A DNA stretch of 63,018 bases, filler included, from Octopus bimaculoides (taxonomy: Eukaryota): the NCBI RefSeq assembly GCF_001194135.2. It is 8 parts of 7 records of this genome, joined end to end, with 100 filler letters (N's around TTAATTAATTAA, not from the genome) between each part and the next. Parts side by side here need not be neighbours in the genome. Positions count along the whole stretch, not along the records: positions 24,394 to 38,723 come from NC_068987.1; positions 38,824 to 61,489 come from NC_068991.1; 6 more parts are not named here. One strand, written 5' to 3'. The notes beneath the pieces were generated by a model that saw only the letters and a list, made by a program, of their open reading frames with translations, searched no databases and had not been told where the DNA came from. The position numbers were made by a program, and so were the translations under genes. Numbering within the stretch: position 1 is the first letter of the stretch; each line of letters begins with the position of its first letter. Positions 35,422-46,420 of this stretch are shown piece after piece.

Positions 35422-37380
35422 TGATGGCCGTCCACTCATGACCGAGGAAGACCATTGCTGACCTTCAGGAACATTGTGCGCTCTAGGACTAACTTATATT
35501 TTCATTTGCGGCTCCGTTGGTGGCTAATGAGCCCTGCTCTTGACAAGCATACACGACTGCAAACATTGCAGACCAAGCTTTCCCCATTCACTATACGAGC
35601 CGTACGCTTTCGCGCAGCTCGCTTTCGCGCAGCTCGCTTTCGCGCAGCTCGCTTTCGCGCAGCTCGCTTAAGTTCTTCATGTTGAATACGTGCTCTCTCA
35701 AAAGTGTCGATCCCCTCCCTAACCTACTTCCTCCATCTGTGGCGATGACAGGCATTGTTCTCCCAGTCAGTGTGCTGCATATCACAGTCCTTAAATCGCA
35801 GCCTTGGTTTCTGCCGGAGTTGTCCTTCCATTCACAAGCTCTCCAAATAGCATCTGCTTAGGAATCCTGCTATCCTTCATAAGGTGTCCAGTCCAACATA
35901 ACCGGTGCTTGTGCACCATTGCCTCAATACTCAAGATATCAGCTGTCCTCAGGACCTGTGTGTCTGGATTTTTTGAGGTCCAGCCAACATTGAGAATGTG
36001 CCTGAGACANNNNNNNNNNTTGTGCACCATTGCCTCAATACTCAAGATATCAGCTGTCCTCAGGACCTGTGTGTCTGGATTTTTTGAGGTCCAGCCAACA
36101 TTGAGAATGTGCCTGAGACATCTCTGATGAAAGCGTTCAAAGACCCTTACTTGACATTTGTACAGAGACCATGTCTCACATGAGTAGAGGAGCGATGTCA
36201 GCACACATGCACGATACACAGCAACTTTTGTTTGCCTTGCGATGCCATGCTGGAACCAGACACAAGACTGAAGAGACCGGAAGGAATTAGTTGCTCTCTG
36301 CAACCTGAAAGATATTTCCTCATCCAGGGAGCAAGAACGGCTGAGTGTGCTGCCCAGGTAGACAGACTTGTCTACTACCTTCAGAATTGTTTCTTCAACC
36401 AAGATAGCTGGTTTCACATATGGATTTCCTGGTGCAGGCTGGAACATTACAACAGACTTGTCCAGGCTAATGCTGAATCCAAATGCCTTGCAAGAAGCAG
36501 AAATGCAATTCATGAGTATTTGCATGTCATCCACTGTATGAGTGACTAAGTCACAGTCATCTGCATAAAAGAGGTCACGAATAATACACTGGAGAACCTT
36601 TGAATTGGCAGCAAATCGGCGAAGATTAAAGAGGCGGCCAGAAAATCGATATCTGACATATATTCCCAGAGAGCTAACCTTAGCAAAAGTATGAGTAAAA
36701 GCAGCAGCAAAGTACAAAGAAAAGATAGTTGGGGCAAGGATGTCACCCTACTTGACACCATTCTCTACAGGAATGGGTCCCACCATGCCACCGCCAACAT
36801 TGACACAAGCCTCTATCCCATCATGAAATGATTTAATTATAGATACAAAGTGATCCGGACATCCAAGTTTGCCAAGTATTTTCCATAGAAAGGCCCTATT
36901 TACAGTATCAAAGGCCTTTGTTAAATTAATGAATACCTGGACAAGATCCATATTCTGCTCATAGCACTTCTCCTGCATCTGTCTTGCTGTGAAAATCATA
37001 TCCATTGTCCTTCAACCAGATCGAAGCCACATTGAAATTCAGATAGGACATCATTTACGAGACACCTGTTGAGACGGGTAAGAAGAATATTTGCGAGAAC
37101 CTTGCCAGCAGCTGATAGTAGAGCAATACCCCTGTAGTTACCACACATTGTTCTGGCTCCTTTTCCTTTATATAGAGGAAGAATAATTGCATCCTTCCAG
37201 TCCTTAGGGATTGCACCATCCCTCCAGACTGCACTAATAAGTTAATGAAGGGACTGTATGATGTAATTACCACCGAATCGCAAGACCTCAGCACAAATTC
37301 CATCCTTTCCAGGTGCCCTACCAAGATTCAATTTACTTATTGATTTCATTACTTCATCTATCGAGGGCAAGGAGTCTAAG
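35422..37380 (-). mobile_element. RTE (BovB-like) LINE, 5'-truncated, RT region largely readable
   Basis: IPKDWKDAIILPLYKGKG..NYRGIALL, FINLTKAFDTVNR, LFYADDCDL, YLGSTLSR, LLYSCETW, FHQRCLRHIL, RIPKQMLFGEL and a C-terminal CNVCSRVCLSRAGLISHQR; few stops and frameshifts. Confidence 0.95.
35605..35669. repeat. 15-bp perfect tandem repeat (CGCTTTCGCGCAGCT) x4.3 inside the RTE ORF end
   Basis: Directly visible; reads (KRAAR)n in the RTE frame. Confidence 0.95.
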
Positions 37381-37384
37381 GAGC

Positions 37385-37508
37385 CACTCGAAAGGATGAA
37401 AGGCAAAGTTGACATCGGCAGAATTCGAACTCAAAACCTAACGGCAGACAAAATACTGCTCAGCATTTCGTCCGGTGTGCTAACTAACGACTCTGGCAGC
37501 TCGCTGTC
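37385..37508 (-). mobile_element. SINE family B head fragment
   Basis: AAAGGATGAAAGGCAAAGTTGAC.TCGGCAGAATTCGAACTC..CTGGCAGCTCGC. Confidence 0.75.
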
Positions 37509-37954
37509 TTAATATAATATAATATAGTATAATAAACGTGAATGTCAGTGTGTCACACTATTTCAACTTTACTCCTAAAGGCCGTAGCCCAACATATCAT
37601 ACCATTTTGGAATCAGGCTGACTCCACAAGTAAATTAAAAACATTCCATGCCGAATCCTGAAATTTTGGATTCCCAAATTTTCATTACTGTGATTGTTTC
37701 CGGCGATTTTTTTACGTGACTTTTTGCGACAAATTGTTTTGTACGATGACAATTTTTATAACCCAAAGGCTAACTCTGTGAGTAAATTAAAAACATTCCG
37801 GGCCGAATCCAGACCTGCAATCCTGAAATTTTCGATTCCTATATTTTCATTACTGCGATTGTTTTCGGCAGTTTTTTTTTACGTGATTTTTAGNNNNNNN
37901 NNNTTTTCATTACTGCGATTGTTTTCGGCAGTTTTTTTTTACGTGATTTTTAGT

Positions 37955-38090
37955 GACGAATATGATCATCATTGGGATATGACTCTGGAGGAAGCAATTG
38001 CAACAGATTCTCCAAAACAAGTCAGGGATCTGTTTCCAGATCTTCACATTCAGGGTCAGTTGCTTCAAAGCTATACTCTAGCTTAAAAGT
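37955..38090 (+). mobile_element. Helitron Rep/helicase fragment
   Basis: DEYDHHWDMTLEEAIATDSPKQVRDLF resembles the Helitron motif D..W..TL.EA....SP.QLR.LF. Confidence 0.6.
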
Positions 38091-38318
38091 CGCCCTATCT
38101 TTTAAGCTAGTACATACATACATACATACATACATACATACTTATACACATATATATCTATTCTGGGTGGGACAAGTTCATCAGAACATGGTCAGCTTAC
38201 TTATAATAAAGAAGTCAAAGTTAAAAGTCTATAAGCTGGGTGAACCAAAATATATTTTGTCGAACTGTGTCGAGTTGTGGATCAAATACAGACAGACAAA
38301 CACAGATAGATAGACACA

Positions 38319-38393
<75 letters not shown>

Positions 38394-38586
38394 ATACTAG
38401 TATATACTATATATGTGTGTGTGTGTGTGTGTGTATACATTGACATACACACCAAAGTAAGCACATAAATGTGAAACAAGGTGAAAAAAATTAGTACTCG
38501 AATACCGGAGGTAGAGTAATATGCTTTATTATCATTAAAGCTACAAAAACATCACAAAAAAAAACAACCCCCACAAAATACTGCAA

Positions 38587-38685
38587 CTCAGAGTTTCACG
38601 TTCCCGTTTGTAGGACAGTTTAGATTGAGAATTCTCAATCTAAACTGTCCGACGAACGGGAAAGTAAAACTCTGAGCAACAGTTT
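38587..38685. repeat. Palindromic element: 38-bp perfect core (38613-38650), 45-bp imperfect arms, each arm a decayed hammerhead-like unit
   Basis: GGACAGTTTAGATTGAGAATTCTCAATCTAAACTGTCC has no loop; arm consensus AAACTGT-CCGACGA-ACG-GGAA-CGT-GAAAC-TCTGA-GTA-ACAGTTT. Confidence 0.85.
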
Positions 38686-38723
38686 TTTTGTAATAGTTTT
38701 GCTTTGATTGTGCTGCTTTAATA

Positions 38724-38823
38724 NNNNNNNNNNNNNNNNNNNNNNNNNNNNNNNNNNNNNNNNNNNNTTAATTAATTAANNNNNNNNNNNNNNNNNNNNN
38801 NNNNNNNNNNNNNNNNNNNNNNN
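38724..38823. other. Assembly join: N44-TTAATTAATTAA-N44
   Basis: Linker at 38768-38779. Confidence 0.95.
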
Positions 38824-38864
38824 TAATAAAAGGAGCAAAACGCGTATAATCAATAAGTACCTTT

Positions 38865-38955
38865 AATTCCTACATATGTTTCAAAATTTATGTGCAATCT
38901 ACTCCAAAGAAGTAAGAGGTGCAGGAATTGCACATAAATTCATCTTCAGGGAACC
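38865..38955 (-). ncRNA. Type I hammerhead ribozyme, apparently near-intact
   Basis: GGTTCC-CTGAAGA-TG-AATTTATGTGCAAT-(28 nt)-ATTGCACATAAATT-TT-GAAA-C-ATAT-GTA/GGAATT: stem I 6 bp, perfect 14-bp stem II, palindromic stem III (ACATATGT), GUA cleavage triplet. Confidence 0.7.
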
Positions 38956-39297
38956 AACATACAGAAAGCAAGACATGCGCTAAATGCTAAGGTTGCGTAC
39001 GAGTTATAACATTATATAGCTTATTAAATGACCGTTAGAAACAAGAACGCTGGTTTACAGGGAACTGTTAAGGGAGAGAGGCTATGGACGCTGTACTAAA
39101 TCTTTAAATTAAAAGGAGAAATAATGAACCGCAGAAAAATCCAAAAATCTAAAGTTAAAAAAATGGTAGACAAGAAATCTTAGTAAAGGAGTGTGTGTGT
39201 GTGTGTACATTTGCAGATAAAGCACAGATAAAAGAACTTATATACTGAAAATTATTCACAGGTAACCTTCTTTGACAAATATTGATCATCTGATGGC

Positions 39298-39298
<1 letters not shown>

Positions 39299-39332
<34 letters not shown>

Positions 39333-39374
39333 CTTCTTCTTCTTCTTCTTCTTCTTCTTCTTCTTCTTCTTCTT

Positions 39375-39420
<46 letters not shown>

Positions 39421-39421
39421 C

Positions 39422-39493
<72 letters not shown>
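39299..39493. repeat. Compound trinucleotide microsatellite (TTG)(TTC)(TAC)(AAT)(AAG)
   Basis: Directly visible. Confidence 0.95.
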
Positions 39494-39494
39494 A

Positions 39495-39635
39495 CCCCAG
39501 TACTCGACCCCAGTACTCGATAGGGTAAAATTCAGAACCGACCACGACAGCATTTTACAGGCTGAGTTCAAACGTCACCGTGGTCGAAATATTGCTAAGC
39601 ACTTATCCCGGCGCACTAACGATTCTGCCAGGAAA
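39495..39635 (-). mobile_element. SINE family B-like head fragment
   Basis: Reverse complement TGGCAGAATCGTTAGTGCGCCGGGATAAGTGCTTAGC..TTTGAACTC. Confidence 0.6.
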
Positions 39636-40083
39636 TGTTTCAACGATCCTGTACAGGAAAGGCTTCAACATCGGCAAGTGAATGAGCCTCACAGACCCAG
39701 GATCACTGACTATCCAATGTTGTTCCCCAATATGCTTACAAATATGTTTTTTTGTTCGCATTTACAAAGTACGTTAAGCACGCCTGAGCTCTCACTTTCC
39801 AGTTGATGCCATTTCACCTGACATAGGGGAAGGTTAGAGATTCGTAAATAAATTCGTGAATTAAATATCACAATTTTGTCAAATGCCAAACCAATTATCT
39901 CCATACAGGCGCACGTAAACACTAAAGTCTTCCTTATTTACTCATTATTCAGCCGTTTAATACAAACTTGTCAAATCCATTTATGTCTCTGTAGATTGAA
40001 AATATGATCAGCCTTAATCATCAGAAATGATCCGAGTGAGCCCGACAAGACAAAATGTAACGTCTGTCTATCTGTCTGCCTCT

Positions 40084-40174
<91 letters not shown>

Positions 40175-41519
40175 TGTATATTCATACTTGCACTCACACA
40201 AACAACCATATAATGTATATAGGAGTATACAGTATATTTGTTAGTCAATACGCTTGATCAATGATTAAAAATAATCCTACGATATTGATTAAGCAATTGT
40301 TGATTGTCAGACAGCTGTTATATCAAATGAAGAAATAATTCCAAGAAAGCCAAGTGAAATTATATGAAGGAAATGCAGTATATTTTCTATTGACGCGCCA
40401 CAGGTGATGCCTATACGAGATCGTTTTATCTACTAGAAATAGCCGCTAATTTCCATCAAATCATACTCTTACTAAGTGAAGGAAATATTGGAAAATGTAG
40501 ACTTCGATACATAAAATGACAGATTGGGCAAGGTTCGGGTACTTTTGATCACAAGTCAATTCAGTAAAAATTTCTTCTTCAGTTGGTAGCAACCTTGATG
40601 AGTTTTACCATGCTGCACAAAGAATCTCTGTCCCCACCTCACATTAGCTTTGGTCTTCAGTTTCATGGTGCGTGTCTCTGCCAATGAATATCGATACAAC
40701 TGGATATCCTTCGTCTTCTATTAGTGTATAGAAGTCTCCAGAATATAACATGTAACATGGTTTGCTGTTCAGCATGATAGCATTGGCCAGCAAAGCTCTA
40801 TTTCGATCAACAAAAGTAGTTTTGGGTATCATGTGCCCATAAATCCCAACTTTGATCTTAACCCAATGTAAGGAAACAATCAAAACAAGATAATTATCAA
40901 TTTATCAATTAAAATATTTTTTTGATCCAATGCTTTTTGTATTATTCAGTAAACAAAATAGAAATTTTTGAGATGAAATATATATCTATGCTACTTTGTA
41001 CTGAAGAGATGCAGAGTATAGCATATTAGCCAACAACTGCGAGAGATCAATATAAACATCATGTATTCATATACAATACCAACCTGGTTAGAGTTTCAAG
41101 AAGACAAGTCTCTGTCCTATAAAGGATTTCAGAGATGACTGGGTACCAGCTTTAACTGTTTACAGAGGTATACCTCTGGCTTAAGAAAGTCCGATAAATC
41201 TATTTGCATAATAAAACGCATTCTTAGCACGTAATGCGGTTGATAACTGAAGGTAGCAGTAATTTATTAAGTAAATGTTTCGAAATGTTATACGCTTGAA
41301 CAATTCTCTAGGCTTGTAGCTAGTCACAGTGAGCAAGGTGTTGCAATCCCTTCAAAGCAAGACTTCAGTTAGATTTAATATGCCCTTAAGAGGTCATCAA
41401 TTACAGATCATTCGTCATTTATTACACTTGTAAAAATTCAGGAGCACCATTAATTCTTGTATCCTTGTTCCCCAAAGTAATAAATTTGAGTCATCGGCAA
41501 TCTGCCTACCTTACTCAAC

Positions 41520-42000
41520 TGTGACTAGCATTAACAACACCACTACGTACACTAAATTCACCACCACTACGTACACTAAATTTATCTCCACTACCATCGT
41601 CACTACCACCATTAGCAATACCATCACCTCTCCCACCATCACTGCTGCTACTATCAACACCATCATCATCATCATCAAGAATAACAATGAAAAGTACAGC
41701 AACCCCGTCACCAACACCAGCTTTCTTCCTATGTCAATCACCGCCAACATCAACACCAACGACCACGAAATCGAAAACAGTACCACTTTATCTTCATCAC
41801 CAACACTATTGCCACAACACCAACTATGCCACCGTTACCGCCATCACTACCCCAATCACTACCACCACCACTACCACCATCACAACCACCACCACCAAAA
41901 CCACCACCACCAAAACCACCACCACCAATGCCTATACCACCACCATCACAACAACAACGACAGCACAATTGTCGCTGCTGCTATCACTGCCTCTGCAACC
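41520..42000. repeat. Degenerate (CAC/CAA/CAT)n low-complexity tract
   Basis: Gives Thr/His/Pro-rich spurious ORFs in all frames. Confidence 0.85.
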
Positions 42001-42761
42001 ATNNNNNNNNNNTGTTCATTGACAATAACGGTTGTCCTCTAATTTGCAGTGATCTGCTAACCAACATTTAACCCCTTAACAATGTATTCCCAGTTCAATT
42101 AAACCCTAATCATGTAATATCAGGTGATCATCTACAAACAGATCAACCCCACCCCAATCCTCTAGAAACAAACCACATCTTTCTCCTTCCAGCGACGCCA
42201 TGTTTTCCTTTCTCTCGAGTCGTTATTCTTATAGCAATATTTTGGTTTAACGCTTTCGTTTAGATATTGTATTTATTTTATATTTCTTCGCCGGAGCCCC
42301 CAGTGGTGTCCTAATTAACAATAACAGTGACAGACATGCGACATGAAGTAACGAACCTATGACCGTATTGCCACCTCCCTCCGTCGTATCTTACCGCCAC
42401 ACTACAACAACAACAACGACAACAACATCATTATCACTCAATCTCCATCGATGCCTCCGCCATCATGCCGACAACGGTAATAGCCGCCGCCGCCTCCAAA
42501 ACCACCACCACCACCACCACCACCATTTTTTTCTCATTCTCTCTAGTTGCAACTACATTGTTTTCATTGTTTCATATTAATTCAGTTTTTATTGTTAGTA
42601 ACAACCAAGATGTTGATATAACACCTTTATCGATCCCGTTGCTGTTGTTGTTGCTCTTTTCCTTGCAGCTGCTGGTGGCGCCGCCGATCTTACTACTGTT
42701 ATTGCTACAGCGGTAGCTCGGTAGGTTTATGTGTTGTCATTATAGTTGTGTGGCTAGATTT

Positions 42762-42797
<36 letters not shown>

Positions 42798-42834
42798 GGC
42801 AGTAGTAGTAGTAGTAGTAGTAGTGTTGTTGTTG

Positions 42835-42902
<68 letters not shown>

Positions 42903-42907
42903 GGTAT

Positions 42908-43120
42908 TCGATGAGTTGGCTGAATCGTTAGTACGGCGGGCTAAATGCTTAGCGATATTTCATCTGCTACTACGTTCTGAATTCAAATTCCGCCGAGGTC
43001 GACTTTGCCTTTCATCCTTTCGGGGTCGATAAATTAAGTGCCAGTGAAACACTAGCGTCGATTGCATTGACTAGTCCCCTCCTCCCCAAATTTCAGATCG
43101 TGTGCCTTCAGTAGAAAGGA
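42908..43120 (+). mobile_element. SINE family B, full-length, with an (ATT)n tail
   Basis: GAGTTGGCTGAATCGTTAG..GAATTCAAATTCCGCCGAGGTCGACTTTGCCTTTCATCC..AGTAGAAAGGATTATT. Confidence 0.85.
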
Positions 43121-43716
43121 TTATTATAATTATTATATTATCTCGTGTTCCGTCCCGTTTTGTTACTGTTCCATCAGATTGTATCCTCTGGAGTGTTGCA
43201 AAAAATAACAATCTTCAACAACTTTCATTTCACACATTTAAGCACCAGATTGCAAAAGTCGACATCATTACTAGCTTCGGGCTATTTTAATTACATTTTT
43301 TGTTTCAAATAAATATTTTTTTTGTTTTTGCACTTCTTTTGCACTCTTGTTTTCTTTTCTGCTTTAGAATGTTTAGGTACATGTATGTAAGCATGCGCGC
43401 GCGTATATGTGTATGTATGTATATATATATATATATACTTACACATACATATACACACACGTATAACCTTTTAACCGATAAACAGCATGATTAAATAGAT
43501 GAAGAGTCAGTGTCAGCCTAATGAAAGATAAATTCGGCCGAGGTTACTCAACAACAATATTTTATTATTATCCTCTTTCATTATTCTTTGACATCTACCC
43601 TTGCTTTCGAACTTCGCTTGACATCGAGAGAGAAAATAGAGAAAAACAGAAGAGATTGAGAGATAATGAGAGAGGCAGCCCTTAGCATCGGAAGTACATG
43701 TGATTATATACATACA

Positions 43717-43767
<51 letters not shown>

Positions 43768-43991
43768 NNNNNNNNNNNNNNNNNNNNNNNNNNNNNNNNN
43801 NNNNNNNNNNNNNNNNNNNNNNNNNNNNNNNNNNNNNNNNNNNNNNNNNNNNNNNNNNNNNNNNNNNNNNNNNNNNNNNNNNNNNNNNNNNNNNNNNNNN
43901 NNNNNNNNNNNNNNNNNNNNNNNNNNNNNNNNNNNNNNNNNNNNNNNNNNNNNNNNNNNNNNNNNNNNNNNNNNNNNNNNNNNNNNNNNNN

Positions 43992-44029
<38 letters not shown>

Positions 44030-44037
44030 AGACACAG

Positions 44038-44072
<35 letters not shown>

Positions 44073-44074
44073 AC

Positions 44075-44234
44075 ATGCACGCGTGGTTGTATGGTAAAAA
44101 GTTGCTTCCCAACCACACGGTTCTGGGTTCAGTCCCACTACGTGATACCTTGAGCAAATGCCTTCTACTGTAATAGTTATATAGCTACTATAGCTTCGGG
44201 CCGGCCAAAGTCTTGCGAGTGGATTTGGTAGACG
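44075..44234 (+). mobile_element. SINE family A head
   Basis: GTGGTTGTATGGTAAAAAGTTGCTTCCCAACCAC.CGGTTCTGGGTTCAGTCCCACT..GGATTTGGTAGACG. Confidence 0.8.
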
Positions 44235-44261
44235 TCATGTACACACACACACACACACACA

Positions 44262-44590
44262 TGATGGATTCTCGCGTCGTGAACTTCAAATGAGCATTCA
44301 GTAAATTAGAACGGTAATCGTGTTCTAGGGACACGAATGTATCACTTGAAGCCTATTGGTGCCTTGCAAACCTTTTGGCAAATGGAACAAGTTGAAGACT
44401 CAGTTTTCGCGAGTGATAGTGGACCACTTACCATGTGTTTTCCTGAATGGAGAGCAAGGCCCGCTTTGCTTCGTGCCACAAAACCACAATGACAAGTAAG
44501 GTTTCCATTTAGAGGAATAGCGTTTTGCCAGCGTACCTTCATGTTTGCACGCAGTTGGTTCCAATTTTGGAATCGACTTTGCTTAAATGT
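44262..44590 (-). mobile_element. RTE-like LINE 3' end with tandem C2H2-type fingers
   Basis: CHCGFVARSKAGLALH..CSICQKVCKAPIGFK; CATGATGG tail next to (CA)n, as for the RTE at 35422. Confidence 0.6.
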
Positions 44591-45578
44591 TTGGACTGAG
44601 GAGAAACAGGACTGGCGAGGCGTGGATATGTGGTAAGAATTTTGCTTCCCAACAAATATCCGCTTGAAGTATATCTATATTGATGTAAGGTATATATTAA
44701 AATTGAACGTTTTGGAAATATTGCTTGCAGAGTTGTACAGCAAAACAGGAAGTTGGAAAAGTTTTTGTAGTATTCCTTCATCATTACATATATTTCATTT
44801 TGTAGTAGGAATCACGAAGTTGCACATGTATGTATGTATGTATGTATGTATGTATGCATGTATGTATGTATGTATGTATGCATATATATGTATGTATGTA
44901 GGTTTGTATGTGCATGTGTGTGACTGTATGTGAGTGAGAGTGTATGTGTATTTACTATGTACATACAGACAATAGCACTGACACAACACCCAAGGAAGGT
45001 GCTCAAAACTAAATTAAGCAATTATTGCAATATCATCAAAGCAATAGATCCGTAGGCCATTCCAATATTGAGATACATAACAGATAATTCAGGAAGCTGC
45101 TTACACCGCGTAACACAGCACAATAAAAGGAATGTCGATACATTCTGTTTACCAGGAGAAAAGGAGTACTGCAATATTGGGTTTGCAAATCTATATCATA
45201 CATAATGAAGAAAGAATATTATCCGTGACCAGAAAAATAAAATTAAGTCACTGAAATAGTGTGAGAAGTCGAAATCAGTAAATAGATCGGCAGAATTAAT
45301 AGCTGGAGAAGGAGGTGCTTTGTCAATACATGCAACAAAACTAAGGATATTGGAACTGAAGAACGCCGGTTTTGGGGGTGACATACGGAAACCTGAAATG
45401 AAATGCTGAATCACTAATTATAGTCACTCAAGAACAGGATACTAGAAAGAACTTGCTAAAGACAGATTAATAAATCTCAGTGAACAAATACAGAATCTGT
45501 GGAAAAGGGAACAAAAGTATTAACCATCTTTTAAGCGAGTACAAGCAGTGAGCTCGAAAAGATTATAAACGCAGGAAT

Positions 45579-45664
<86 letters not shown>

Positions 45665-45714
45665 AAATGCATTGAGATGTTAACCGAGAATGGTCATTCA
45701 AAGTAGCAGAAAAA

Positions 45715-45960
45715 GTGATGCGAACACGAACCAGTGGGTGTGATGATGAATGATAATTGCAAGATTTTGTGTGATTTCTTCATAAAGACTAACCATACTA
45801 TTGAAGCAAAAGAAGCATGAAGACCAGATATCGTAGAGGACAAGAAAAAGAAAAAAAAACAATGCTATAGACGTTGGAATACCATAGAATGAATACAAAA
45901 AAAAAGAGAAGAAATTGAGAAATATAAGGACCTAAATGAAGATATTGTGGAAGACAAAGG
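45715..45960 (+). mobile_element. R4/Dong-clade endonuclease fragment
   Basis: EHEPVGVMMNDNCKILCDFFIKTNHTIEAK..RPDIV..DVGIP..EIEKYKDL. Confidence 0.7.
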
Positions 45961-46159
45961 TGACCATTTTTCTTGTGCTAATTGGTTTACTTGGCACAAC
46001 ATCCAACTGCTACCAAGTTCGTCAAACTTTCGACTGTCGTTATCGGCCTGCAGAAAAGTGCAATCCTGTATTCTACAAGGATCCGAAGAAAGATTCTTAA
46101 GACCTGAGGAAATTTTCTTTGTTACCAAACCTCCAGATAATATCTGTGTTGACTAAAGT

Positions 46160-46193
46160 AGCATGTAATAACTTAATAATGATAATAATAATG

Positions 46194-46242
<49 letters not shown>

Positions 46243-46420
46243 TTTCAAATTTTGGCACATGACCAGGTATTTCGGTGGAGTGGGTCAGACGATGCTATCG
46301 ATCCCGGAATGTATAAAAGACAAAGCCGACCTCGACGGAATTTGAACTCATAATGTAAAGAACCGACAGAAATTCCACTAAGCACTGTGCGTGGCGTGAT
46401 AACAATTCTGCCAGCTCTCC
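46160..46420 (-). mobile_element. SINE family B copy with a (TTA)n tail
   Basis: (TAA)n followed by TTTCAAATTTTGGCAC..AAAGCCGACCTCGACGGAATTTGAACTC..AATTCTGCCAGCTC. Confidence 0.75.

Noticed and set aside
41521-42071. Thr-rich mucin-like, His-rich and Pro-rich (extensin-like) ORFs
   Set aside because: All frames of a degenerate CAC/CAA/CAT repeat are open, and no splice or domain context is present.
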